The position numbers were made by a program, and so were the translations under genes. Below are positions 1 to 7,894 of a DNA stretch of 64,000 nucleotides, piece by piece. The notes below the pieces were generated by a model, which was given only the letters and a program-made list of their open reading frames with translations, did no database searches and was not told where the DNA came from. Each line of letters begins with the position of its first letter. The stretch's first letter is position 1. Origin of the DNA: Burkholderiales bacterium (GTDB taxonomy: Bacteria > Pseudomonadota > Gammaproteobacteria > Burkholderiales > SG8-39); assembly GCA_035632415.1 (NCBI GenBank), contig DASQGW010000187.1, forward strand, positions 246 through 64,245, in the 5' to 3' direction.

Positions 1-591
1 GAGCACGTGGATCTGGCCGCCGAGCATGTCGGCGATCGCGGGCCCCATGCCCTTGTAGTGGACATAGGCGCTCACCTCGAGGCCGGCGGCGCCGCGGAAT
101 TGCTCGAGCGCGAGGTGATTCAGGAGGCCGATGCCGCCGGTGCCCCAGTTGACCTTCGTCGGATTCTGCCGTGCATAGTCGATGAAGCTCTTCAAGTCCT
201 TGGCCGGCACCGAAGGCGCCACCACGACGAGGTTCGGTGTGCCGCCCACCATCGCGATCGGCGTGAAATCGGCGATCGCGTCGTATTGCAGCTTGCGCAC
301 GGCCGGATTGGTGCCATGCGTGCCCACATACCCGACCATCAGCGTATAGCCGTCCGGCGCGGCGCGCACCGTGGCCATTGCGGCGAGGGTGCCGCCCGCG
401 CCACCCATGTTCTCGACGACGAACGATTGATCGAGCGCCCGCGAGAGCTGGTCGCCCATCGTACGGCCTACGAGGTCGAGCCCGCCACCGGGCTGCGCCG
501 GCACGATGATCTTGACCGGCTTGGATGGATAGGTTTGTGCTGCCGCCTGGACCGCGAACGCGGCCGCAAGCATCGCCAGTATGAATCGCAT
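1..591 (-). CDS. Bug/TctC-family tripartite tricarboxylate transporter substrate-binding protein (N-terminal 197 codons; 3' end runs off the left edge)
   Basis: Own minus-strand translation from ATG at 591: MRFILAMLAAAFAVQAAAQTYPSKPVKIIVPAQPGGGLDLVGR...VVENMGGAGG...APDGYTLMVGYVGTHGTNPAV...PAKDLKSFIDYARQNP. It has a signal peptide and Bug-like motifs, with GGAGGGAG just upstream of the ATG. The track ORF 7..618 (+) is its antisense shadow. Confidence 0.8.
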   Translation of the reverse strand, partial: MRFILAMLAAAFAVQAAAQTYPSKPVKIIVPAQPGGGLDLVGRTMGDQLSRALDQSFVVENMGGAGGTLAAMATVRAAPDGYTLMVGYVGTHGTNPAVRKLQYDAIADFTPIAMVGGTPNLVVVAPSVPAKDLKSFIDYARQNPTKVNWGTGGIGLLNHLALEQFRGAAGLEVSAYVHYKGMGPAIADMLGGQIHVL

Positions 592-614
592 CGACTCCCT
601 CCTCTGCCGAAAGT

Positions 615-1382
615 CTAGCGGAGGAAGTCGATCAGCGCGTCCAGGGTGGCATCCGGCGCCTCCGCCATGAGCGAATGGCCGGAAAAGTCGATCACTACGG
701 TCTTGGCGCCGGGAATCTTCTCCTGCAGCCCCTTCGCGGCGCGCGGCGGCGTCATGACGTCGCGCTTGCCGAGGATGAAGAGCACGGGACACTTCACCTC
801 CCCGGGCAAGGTGTAGTCGTTGCATGCCTTCAGGTCGGCGTACAGCACGCCAGGCCCCAGGCGCTCGAGGCGCGCCTGCGTGTCGCCGTACATCCACATG
901 CCCGGGTTCGGGTTGCCGCCGAGCGGCACCTGCGGCGCATGGCCCCAGATCGTGCTCATGTCGAAGGCATCGTAGGAATTGCGCTTCGCCGCATCGAGGA
1001 ACGCCTCGCCGACTTTCATCGGAAGTGCCGTCGCGATCAGCGCGATGCGCTCGACGCGCTGCGGATAGCGCGCCGCGCAATCGAGCGAGATGAGCGTGCC
1101 CATCGAATGGCCGACGAGGCTCGCACGCCCGACCTTCGCCGCGTCGAGCACCTTGATGACCCAGTCGGCCATCGCCGGCACCGTCGTGAGCGCCGGCCCC
1201 GCGGACTTGCCGTGCCCGGGCAGATCGAGCGCGAGCACGTTCCAGCCGTGATAGCCGAAGTAGCGGCTCTGCAATCCAAACCACGAGTGATCGAGGCCGG
1301 CGCCGTGGATGAAGACGACCGTGCGTTTCGCCGGGTCGACCTCGTGGTTCGCCGTATAGGCGAACGCCTCGCCGATCTTCAC
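615..1382 (-). CDS. alpha/beta-fold hydrolase
   Basis: C-terminal part of track ORF 615..1982. Motifs: VVFIHGAGLDHSWF, nucleophile elbow GHSMG, DFSGHSLMAE. I place the start at GTG 1382 (VKIGEAF), which overlaps the metY stop as GTGA. The upstream part of the track ORF is Arg/Pro-rich shadow sequence. Confidence 0.8.
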   Translation of the reverse strand: MKIGEAFAYTANHEVDPAKRTVVFIHGAGLDHSWFGLQSRYFGYHGWNVLALDLPGHGKSAGPALTTVPAMADWVIKVLDAAKVGRASLVGHSMGTLISLDCAARYPQRVERIALIATALPMKVGEAFLDAAKRNSYDAFDMSTIWGHAPQVPLGGNPNPGMWMYGDTQARLERLGPGVLYADLKACNDYTLPGEVKCPVLFILGKRDVMTPPRAAKGLQEKIPGAKTVVIDFSGHSLMAEAPDATLDALIDFLR

Positions 1383-2671
1383 TTCTGCGAGACCTTGAGC
1401 GACCGGTCCAGATCGTCGATCAGGTCCTGTGGATCCTCGAGGCCGATCGACAGTCGCACTGTGCCGGCGGTGATGCCCGCCTTCTTGAGATCCTCGTCGC
1501 TCATGCGGTAATGCGTCGTCGTCGCCGGATGGATGACGAGCGACTTCGCATCGCCGACGTTGGCGAGATGCGAAAAGATGCGCAGCGACTCGATGAAGGC
1601 CTTGCCCGCGGGGCGGCCGCCCTTGATCTCGAAGGAAAACACCGCGCCTGCGCCTTTGGGCAGGAGCTTCTTGCAGAGCTCGTAATCCGGATGCTCGGGC
1701 AGCTCCGGATAGATGACGCGCTCGACTGCCGCGTGCTTCGCCAGGAATGCGACCACCGTGCGAGTACTCTCGACGTGCCTCGGCATGCGCAGATGCAGCG
1801 TCTCCACGCCCTGGAGGATCTGGAAAGCGGTCATCGGCGCCATGCACGCGCCGAAATCGCGCAGGCCTTCGCGGCGCGCGCGCAGGAGGAAGGCGCGCGT
1901 GCCCGACTCCTCCGCGAAGTCCATGTTGTGGAAGCCGGCATAGGCCTCGGTGAGCGTCGCGAACTTGCCCGAGCCTTCCCAATCGAAGCGGCCCGAGTCG
2001 ACCAGCACGCCGCCGATCGCGATGCCATGGCCGCCGAGGAACTTGGTGGCCGAGTGATAGAGGAGATCGGCGCCGAGCTTGAAGGGCTGCATCAGGTACG
2101 GCGTGGTGAAGGTCGAATCGACGAGGAGCGGCACGCCTGCGGCGTGAGCGATCTCGGCGAGCGCGGGCACGTCCAGCACGTCGAGCCCCGGGTTGCCGAG
2201 CGTCTCGCCGAAGAGCAGTCGCGTCTGCGGACCGATCGCACGCTTCCAGGCATCGAGATCGCGCGGAGCGACGAAAGTTGTGGCGATGCCGAAGCGCTTA
2301 AGCGTGTACGCGAGCAGGTTATGCGACCCGCCATAGAGCGAGCCGGAGGCAACGATGTGGCTGCCGGCGTCCATGAGGGTCGCGATCGCAAGATGCAGCG
2401 CCGCCTGGCCCGAGGCCGTTGCGATCGCACCGACGCCGCCCTCGAGCGCCGCCATGCGCTCTTCGAGCACCGCTACGGTCGGATTCGATATGCGCGAATA
2501 GACGTGCCCCGCCCGCTCCATGTTGAAGAGCGACGCGGCGTGCTCGGTGTCGCGAAAGACGTAGGAAGTGGTCTGGTAGATCGGCACCGCGCGGCTGCCG
2601 GTCGCCGGGTCGGGCGACTGGCCCGCGTGCAGCGCGAGCGTGTCAAAACCGGGGTACTTGGGGCCAGCCAT
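1379..2671 (-). CDS. metY: O-acetylhomoserine sulfhydrylase / aminocarboxypropyltransferase (PLP-dependent)
   Basis: 430 aa: FDTLALHAGQ..., PIYQTTSYVF, ISNPT, PLP-lysine region SATKFLGGHG, and C-terminal GDAKSLVIHPATTTH. Confidence 0.9.
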   Translation of the reverse strand: MAGPKYPGFDTLALHAGQSPDPATGSRAVPIYQTTSYVFRDTEHAASLFNMERAGHVYSRISNPTVAVLEERMAALEGGVGAIATASGQAALHLAIATLMDAGSHIVASGSLYGGSHNLLAYTLKRFGIATTFVAPRDLDAWKRAIGPQTRLLFGETLGNPGLDVLDVPALAEIAHAAGVPLLVDSTFTTPYLMQPFKLGADLLYHSATKFLGGHGIAIGGVLVDSGRFDWEGSGKFATLTEAYAGFHNMDFAEESGTRAFLLRARREGLRDFGACMAPMTAFQILQGVETLHLRMPRHVESTRTVVAFLAKHAAVERVIYPELPEHPDYELCKKLLPKGAGAVFSFEIKGGRPAGKAFIESLRIFSHLANVGDAKSLVIHPATTTHYRMSDEDLKKAGITAGTVRLSIGLEDPQDLIDDLDRSLKVSQK

Positions 2672-2675
2672 CGGA

Positions 2676-2755
2676 AAAAGGGGTCAGAGCAATTTTCCTG
2701 TAACACCTAAGGCTGCACGCATACCTGTTACAGGAAAATTGCTCTGACCCCTTTT
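2676..2755. repeat. long-stem palindromic intergenic element, copy 1 (30-bp perfect arms, 20-nt loop)
   Basis: 2676-2705 AAAAGGGGTCAGAGCAATTTTCCTGTAACA is the exact reverse complement of 2726-2755. The same arms recur near 5.85 kb and 19.0 kb. Confidence 0.9.
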
Positions 2756-3309
2756 CAGTGCAGGTTCTTGCGCGACGGCCGCGTGTAGCTCTCGAACGCG
2801 CGCTCGGGTTTCTTCTGCTGCGAGGCCTTTTCCTTCCAGTCGCGGTCGAAGAGATCGTTCACGAGCGCCGTCACCTCGGCGACCTTTTCCTTCTCGAACT
2901 GGCGCGCGAGGATCGCGGCGACGTCCTCGATCATGCAGCGGCGCTGCGCCTCGTGGATCGCCTGCGGCGTGGGGCCGACGAAGAGAAGCTTCGACTCCTG
3001 CTCGCCGTTCTCGTGATGCACGGTGAGGTCGACCTCGACCGCTTCGTAGCAAAAGGGGCCGACCGCCTCGAGCGCTGCTTCGAGCGCGCCGTGGAAGCTG
3101 CGACCGACTTCGCCGGTCCAGCAGATGTAGAGGATGAGTTCCTTCTCGTCGTACTTGAAGCCGGGCTCGTCCTGCTCGAGGCTCTTGGCGTCGGCAAGAC
3201 TGTCGGCGTCGAGATACTCGAGCAGCGGGGCGAAGGCCTGCTCGAGCTGCCGGCGCGAGACGCCTTCGAGAATCGGGATGTCGGCGTGGAGATGCACTTC
3301 GTGCCGCAT
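2755..3309 (-). CDS. hypothetical protein (184 aa, acidic, no motif recognised)
   Basis: Balanced non-shadow composition (MRHEVHLHADIPILEGVSRRQLEQAF...). It fits the gene spacing and is divergent from the 3359 gene. Confidence 0.55.
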   Translation of the reverse strand: MRHEVHLHADIPILEGVSRRQLEQAFAPLLEYLDADSLADAKSLEQDEPGFKYDEKELILYICWTGEVGRSFHGALEAALEAVGPFCYEAVEVDLTVHHENGEQESKLLFVGPTPQAIHEAQRRCMIEDVAAILARQFEKEKVAEVTALVNDLFDRDWKEKASQQKKPERAFESYTRPSRKNLH

Positions 3310-3358
3310 GGCGAAAACCTCGGATGGGGATGCACGATTCTACCCCTAAAATCATCGC

Positions 3359-4495
3359 ATGCGACCCGACTATGAGGGCGGCAGCCTCGTCAATCTGGTC
3401 GCCTCGGTGGTCGCTTCGCGCGGCGGCAAGCCGCACCACGAAACGCTGCGGAATTTTTCGCTCACAGCAGATGCGAAGAACGTCGTGCTCTTCATCATCG
3501 ACGGTCTTGGCGACAACTATCTCGCGCGCCACGGCAAGGGGAGCGAGCTCGGCCGCCGTCGACGCAGATCGCTCACTTCGGTGTTTCCCTCCACCACCGC
3601 GTCGGCAATCACCACCTCGTACACCGGCCGCACGCCGCTCGAGCACGGCCTCACCGGCTGGTTCACCTATTTCGGTGAAGCCGGCTGCGTCTCTGCGTGC
3701 CTGCCTTTTCGCAGCCGCGGAGACATGGCGCCGCTTGCCGCGCGCGGCGTTACCGCCAACGGCATATTTACGGTGCGCTCCCTCTTTGGCGAGTTGCCGG
3801 TCAAGAGCATCGTGGTGACGCAAAGCGACATCATCGACTCGCAATACAACAGCGTGCATTGCCGCGGCGCCGAGCGCCTCGCTTACACGAACGCAGATGA
3901 GCTCGTCGCCCAGGTCGAAGCGGCGGTGAAGTCGAGCGACGAGCGCAAGTTCATCTACGCCTACTGGCCGCTGTACGATCAGATCTGCCATCGCTTCGGC
4001 TGCGAGAGCGTGCAGGCGGTGCGCGAGTTCGAGGTGATCGATGCCGCGTTCGGAGCGCTGCTTCGGCGCCTTCGCGGCACCGACACCATCGTGGTCGCAA
4101 CCGCGGACCACGGCTTCATCGACGTGGCGCCGGACGAATCGCTCGAGCTGCCGGCATCTTTCTATTCGCAACTGAGATTTCCCCTCTGCGGCGAGCGGCG
4201 TGTGGTCTATTGCCATGCGCACGCACCGGAGGACTTCGCGAAGCGGGCGCAAGACTGGCTGCAGGAGAAGGCCGACGTGATGCCAAGCCGCCGGCTTGTC
4301 GATGAAGGCTGGTTTGGCCCCGGCGAGCCGCATCCGAGGTTCGACGAGCGCATCGGCGACGTAGCGCTCGTCATGCGCAACCGCTATACCGTAAAGGACT
4401 GGATTACCGGCGAGTCGCGCCACCTGCACATCGGCAATCACGGCGGCACGCACGAGGACGAGATGTCGATTCCCCTTATCGTGGAGGAAGCATGA
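3359..4495 (+). CDS. alkaline-phosphatase-superfamily protein (type I phosphodiesterase / nucleotide pyrophosphatase-like)
   Basis: Motifs: VLFIIDGLGDNYL (metal Asp), FPSTTASAITT (nucleophile Thr region), ATADHGFIDV, GNHGG. Confidence 0.7.
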   Translation: MRPDYEGGSLVNLVASVVASRGGKPHHETLRNFSLTADAKNVVLFIIDGLGDNYLARHGKGSELGRRRRRSLTSVFPSTTASAITTSYTGRTPLEHGLTGWFTYFGEAGCVSACLPFRSRGDMAPLAARGVTANGIFTVRSLFGELPVKSIVVTQSDIIDSQYNSVHCRGAERLAYTNADELVAQVEAAVKSSDERKFIYAYWPLYDQICHRFGCESVQAVREFEVIDAAFGALLRRLRGTDTIVVATADHGFIDVAPDESLELPASFYSQLRFPLCGERRVVYCHAHAPEDFAKRAQDWLQEKADVMPSRRLVDEGWFGPGEPHPRFDERIGDVALVMRNRYTVKDWITGESRHLHIGNHGGTHEDEMSIPLIVEEA

Positions 4496-5259
4496 AAGCG
4501 AAAGTGAACGGCACCGAGCTCTATTACGAGGTCAACGGAAAGGAAGGCAGGCCGTGGCTCGTGCTCAGCCATTCTCTCGCCTGCACCGTGCGCATGTGGG
4601 ACCCGCAGGTCGCGGCGTTCCAGGACCGCTTCCGCACCCTCAACTACGACATGCGCGGCCATGGCGCGAGCGCAGCGCCGAATGGGCCTTACACGCTCGA
4701 CAGGCTCGCCGACGACGTGGTCGGACTGATGAAGGAGCTGAAGATCGAGCGCGCCACGTTCATCGGGCTTTCGATCGGCGGCATGATCGGCCAGACGCTT
4801 GCGCTCCGGCAGACGAAGCTCTTCGACAAGATGGTGCTGGCCGACACGAGCCACACGCAGCCCCCCGAGGCGATCAAGCAATGGGAAGACCGCATCAAGA
4901 CTGCGCAGTCGCAAGGTATGAAAGCGCTCGTACCTTCAACGATGGAGCGCTGGTTCACTCCAGCGTTTCGCGAGTCGCCGCCGGCGAAGCAGATCGCGAC
5001 GCTCATCGCGAATACGCCGGTCGCGGGCTACATCGGCTGCGGGCAGGCGATCATGAAGCTGAACACGACGCCGCGGCTGAAGGAGATCAAGCTGCCGGTG
5101 CTCGCGATCGCGGGCGAAGCCGATCCGTCGGCGCCGGGCACGAAGCACATCGGCGAGACGATACCCGGCGCGAAGCTGGTGATGATCAAGAACGCGGCCC
5201 ACATTGCGAACATCGAGCAGCCGGAGAAGTTCAATCAGGCGCTGCGGGATTTCCTTTGA
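4492..5259 (+). CDS. 3-oxoadipate enol-lactonase-like alpha/beta hydrolase
   Basis: Motifs: VNGTELYYEVNG, LSHSLACTVRMWDPQ, YDMRGHGAS, GLSIGGMIGQ, NAAHIANIEQPEKF. ATGA overlap with the upstream gene. Confidence 0.75.
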   Translation: MKAKVNGTELYYEVNGKEGRPWLVLSHSLACTVRMWDPQVAAFQDRFRTLNYDMRGHGASAAPNGPYTLDRLADDVVGLMKELKIERATFIGLSIGGMIGQTLALRQTKLFDKMVLADTSHTQPPEAIKQWEDRIKTAQSQGMKALVPSTMERWFTPAFRESPPAKQIATLIANTPVAGYIGCGQAIMKLNTTPRLKEIKLPVLAIAGEADPSAPGTKHIGETIPGAKLVMIKNAAHIANIEQPEKFNQALRDFL

Positions 5260-5821
5260 TGCCTGACCAGCGCTTGACCTTGGAGGTGCGCACGCCGAAG
5301 AGATCCAGGATGCGGCCCACGGTGTGCGCCACCAGATCGTCGAGCGTCTTCGGCATGGCATAGAACGCCGGCATGGGCGGCATGACGATGCCGCCCATCT
5401 CGGTGACCGCGACCATGTTGCGCAGGTGCGCCAGGTTGAGCGGCGTCTCGCGAGGCACGAGCACCAGCCGACGGCGTTCTTTCAGCACCACGTCGGCCGC
5501 GCGGGAGACGAGATCATCGGCGTGCGCGTGCGCCACGGCGGCGAGCGTCTTCATCGTGCACGGCGCGATCACCATGCCTTCGGTGATGAACGAGCCGCTC
5601 GCAATCGTCGCCGCGATGTCCTTCGGGTGATACGCGACATGCGCCAGGCGCTCGACCTCCTTGCGCTTCATCTTGTGCTCGTGCCACACGTTGAGCACGC
5701 CGGCGTCGGTCAGCACGAGGTGGCTTTCCCAGCCGCCCACGTCCTTCAGCGCTTTCAGCAGCGCGATTCCGTAGATTGCGCCGGTTGCGCCCGTGATGCC
5801 GACGATAAGCCGCTTCTTCAT
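5231..5821 (-). CDS. ubiX: flavin prenyltransferase UbiX
   Basis: Motifs: MKKRLIVGITGATGAIYG, APCTMKTLAAVA, LVLVPRETPL, MPPMPAFY. Its 3' end overlaps the convergent 4492..5259 gene by 29 nt. Confidence 0.9.
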   Translation of the reverse strand: MKKRLIVGITGATGAIYGIALLKALKDVGGWESHLVLTDAGVLNVWHEHKMKRKEVERLAHVAYHPKDIAATIASGSFITEGMVIAPCTMKTLAAVAHAHADDLVSRAADVVLKERRRLVLVPRETPLNLAHLRNMVAVTEMGGIVMPPMPAFYAMPKTLDDLVAHTVGRILDLFGVRTSKVKRWSGIKGNPAAPD

Positions 5822-5830
5822 CGCGAACCA

Positions 5831-5916
5831 AAAAAGGGGTCAGAGCAATTTTCTTGAAACATATCGCCCGTTAGCGGGGACGTCTTTGTTACAGGAAAAT
5901 TGCTCTGACCCCTTTC
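5831..5916. repeat. long-stem palindromic intergenic element, copy 2 (2 mismatches in the left arm)
   Basis: 5831-5861 AAAAAGGGGTCAGAGCAATTTTCTTGAAACA pairs with 5887-5916 TGTTACAGGAAAATTGCTCTGACCCCTTTC. The loop is unrelated to copy 1. Confidence 0.85.
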
Positions 5917-5929
5917 CGGGGGTGCTTCT

Positions 5930-6166
5930 TCAACCCTTCTTGTAGACGATCTTCTTCGAGCCACCGTCGCACGTGCCGACCACCTTGCCGTCGGCCTGCT
6001 TGTCGGCCTCGATAATGTCGAGCGTGAACTTGTCGACGCCGTTCTTCTTGATCTTGGCCTCGATCTCGGTTTTCAGCTCGTTGCAGTCCTTCTTCTGCGC
6101 CCAGGCCGTGCTTATCCCAAAGGTGGACAGGCCGAGCACCGCCGCCGCTACGATGACTTTCCCCAT
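5930..6166 (-). CDS. small secreted DUF1161-like protein
   Basis: Internal start MGKVIVAAAVLGLSTFGISTAWA (signal peptide), then KKDCNELKTEIEAKIKKNGV...VVGTCDGGSKKIVYKKG. The part of the track ORF upstream of this Met looks non-coding. Confidence 0.65.
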   Translation of the reverse strand: MGKVIVAAAVLGLSTFGISTAWAQKKDCNELKTEIEAKIKKNGVDKFTLDIIEADKQADGKVVGTCDGGSKKIVYKKG

Positions 6167-6552
6167 TTTCTCTCCCTCGCCGAAGACTCCCAGTTGGCTC
6201 CGTCGAACGCGTTGACCTGCATCCGCTTTACGGTTCCCGGATCCAGGCAACGCACGTTGACGCTATACCCGTCCGGGTGCGACCGCGGTACGTAGAATGA
6301 CTTTATTCCGCACACTTTGCAAAAGCGGTGCTGCGCGGCGCCGGTGTTGAAGCGGTAGGTCGTGAGTGCCTCCTCGCCCTTAAGGAGGCGGAAGCGCGAT
6401 TTCTCGACGACCAGGTGCAGATAGCCGGTTCTCCGGCAGATCGAGCAGTTGCAGTCCGTGACCGTGATCTCGGCCGGGGCGAGGACTTCGAAGCGCACGG
6501 CGCCGCAATGGCAGCCGCCGCTGTGCGTTACATCAGCGGGCGCAGCATCCAA
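6148..6552 (-). CDS. GFA-family (glutathione-dependent formaldehyde-activating / CENP-V-like) zinc protein
   Basis: Motifs: GGCHCGAVRF, CNCSIC, FCKVCG. Confidence 0.8.
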   Translation of the reverse strand: MDAAPADVTHSGGCHCGAVRFEVLAPAEITVTDCNCSICRRTGYLHLVVEKSRFRLLKGEEALTTYRFNTGAAQHRFCKVCGIKSFYVPRSHPDGYSVNVRCLDPGTVKRMQVNAFDGANWESSARERKWGKSS

Positions 6553-6764
6553 GCGATGGCGGCCGAGCCGACGAGCAACGTGAGGAACAGGCCGACGCGC
6601 CCGTAGCGGCGGAACGTACCGTTCGGCTTGAAGTAGAGGTTGCGGATGACGTCATCGCGCCCGCCCATCCAAAGCCAGTCCGGCCCGGCCTTGTTCACGA
6701 CGCGCGGGTCGATGATGCCGATCAAAAAGGACGCCAGCGCGCCCACCGTGCTGCAAAACACCAT
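6528..6764 (-). CDS. small membrane protein (78 aa, two hydrophobic segments)
   Basis: C-terminal piece of shadow ORF 6528..7778. ATG at 6764 is preceded by GGGAGG. Sequence: MVFCSTVGALASFLIGII...GLFLTLLVGSAAIAWML. Confidence 0.45.
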   Translation of the reverse strand: MVFCSTVGALASFLIGIIDPRVVNKAGPDWLWMGGRDDVIRNLYFKPNGTFRRYGRVGLFLTLLVGSAAIAWMLRPLM

Positions 6765-6869
6765 TTCAGGAATCCTCCCTACGACTTGTCGCATTATGAA
6801 CGATAGGAATGCAAAACGCAGCCGTCGCGGATCGGCGACGCCAGTACGATAACGACGGAGGAAATTGCA

Positions 6870-7889
6870 ATGCTGAAAACCACCATCGCCGGCAGCCTGC
6901 CGAAGCCTGCCTGGCTCGCCGAGCCGCAAAAGCTCTGGCCCGCGTGGCGCGCGGCCGGCGAGGAGCTCGAGCAGGCGAAGCGCGACGCGACGCTGCTCTG
7001 GCTCAAGGCGCAGGAAGACGCGGGACTCGACATCGTCACCGACGGCGAGCAATCGCGGCAGCACTTCGTGCATGGCTTCCTGGAATTCGTCGACGGCATC
7101 GATTTCAGCCGCAAGGTGAGGATGGGCATCCGCAACAACCGCTACGACGCGATGGTTCCGGTGGTCACCGGGCCGCTCAAGCTCAAGGGCCGCGTGCACC
7201 AGATAGAAGCTTCCCTGTCCAGGAAACATACCACCCGGCAGCTGAAGATCACGATGCCCGGGCCGATGACGATCGTCGATACGCTCGCCGACGAGCATTA
7301 CGGCGACAAGGTGAAGCTCGCCATGGCCTTCGCCGAGCTCCTCAACCAGGAGGCGCGTGCCCTCGAGAAAGACGGCGTCGACGTGATCCAGTTCGACGAG
7401 CCTGCGTTCAACGTGTACATGGAAGACGTAAAGCGCTGGGGCATCGCCACCCTCGAGCGCGCCGCCAAGGGCCTCAAGTGCAAGACCTGCGTGCACATCT
7501 GCTATGGCTACGGCATCCAGGCGAACATCGATTGGAAGAAGACGCTCGGATCCGAGTGGCGGCAGTACGAGGAGATCTTTCCCGCGCTCGCGAAGAGCAA
7601 GATCGACCAGTTGTCCCTCGAGTGCATCCACTCGAGGGTTCCCGTCGAGCTCCTCAGGCTGCTGAAAGGGAAAGACGTGCTCGTCGGCGTCATCGACGTC
7701 GCCAGCGACACGATCGAAACACCCGCCGAGGTCGCCGCGACAATCGCCAAGGCGGCGAAGTACGTTCCGGTGAAGCATCTTTATCCATGCACCAATTGCG
7801 GCATGGCGCCGATGGACCGCGAAGTGGCGCTGAAGAAGCTCGAAGCGCTCGTCGCGGGTACGCGCCTCGCGAGGAGAAAGCTCAAATAA
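6870..7889 (+). CDS. cobalamin-independent methionine synthase II (MetE C-terminal domain-like) family protein
   Basis: Motifs: TTIAGSLPKPAWL, DIVTDGEQSRQHF, IQFDEPAF, VHICYGY, and C-terminal YPCTNCGM zinc ligands. Confidence 0.8.
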   Translation: MLKTTIAGSLPKPAWLAEPQKLWPAWRAAGEELEQAKRDATLLWLKAQEDAGLDIVTDGEQSRQHFVHGFLEFVDGIDFSRKVRMGIRNNRYDAMVPVVTGPLKLKGRVHQIEASLSRKHTTRQLKITMPGPMTIVDTLADEHYGDKVKLAMAFAELLNQEARALEKDGVDVIQFDEPAFNVYMEDVKRWGIATLERAAKGLKCKTCVHICYGYGIQANIDWKKTLGSEWRQYEEIFPALAKSKIDQLSLECIHSRVPVELLRLLKGKDVLVGVIDVASDTIETPAEVAATIAKAAKYVPVKHLYPCTNCGMAPMDREVALKKLEALVAGTRLARRKLK

Positions 7890-7894
7890 AAGGA

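Noticed and set aside
2684-4453. Very long ORFs on the opposite strand of recognised genes. Examples: 2684..4453 (-), 6528..7778 (-), 11201..13618 (+), 27621..29390 (-), 32961..34691 (+), 41238..43076 (+), 56419..58842 (+), 61472..63310 (-), and the N-terminal extensions of 615..1982, 6809..9424, 26736..29621 and 48807..50600.
   Set aside because: Their translations are Arg/Ala/Gly/His/Asp-rich low-complexity strings with no motifs, typical of antisense or out-of-frame shadow ORFs in high-GC DNA. In every case the other strand or frame encodes a protein with clear family motifs.
3359-4495. The alkaline-phosphatase-fold protein could be a PglZ-type defence (BREX) component.
   Set aside because: It is a stand-alone 378-aa protein, translationally coupled to a lactonase-like hydrolase. 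None of the BREX/DISARM partner genes (methyltransferase, Lon-like, BrxC ATPase) is nearby.
6765-6869. Possible riboswitch or attenuator in the leader of the MetE-like gene. Alternative hairpins are CGTCGC/GCGACG (6823-6840) and CCGTCG/CGACGG (6822-27 with 6853-58), the latter touching the GGAGG SD.
   Set aside because: Only 6-bp GC stems, which are expected by chance in this composition. The ~105-nt spacer is too short for a cobalamin riboswitch, and I cannot recognise a B12 box or SAM-II/SAM-SAH consensus. This would need a covariance-model scan (Rfam/Infernal).
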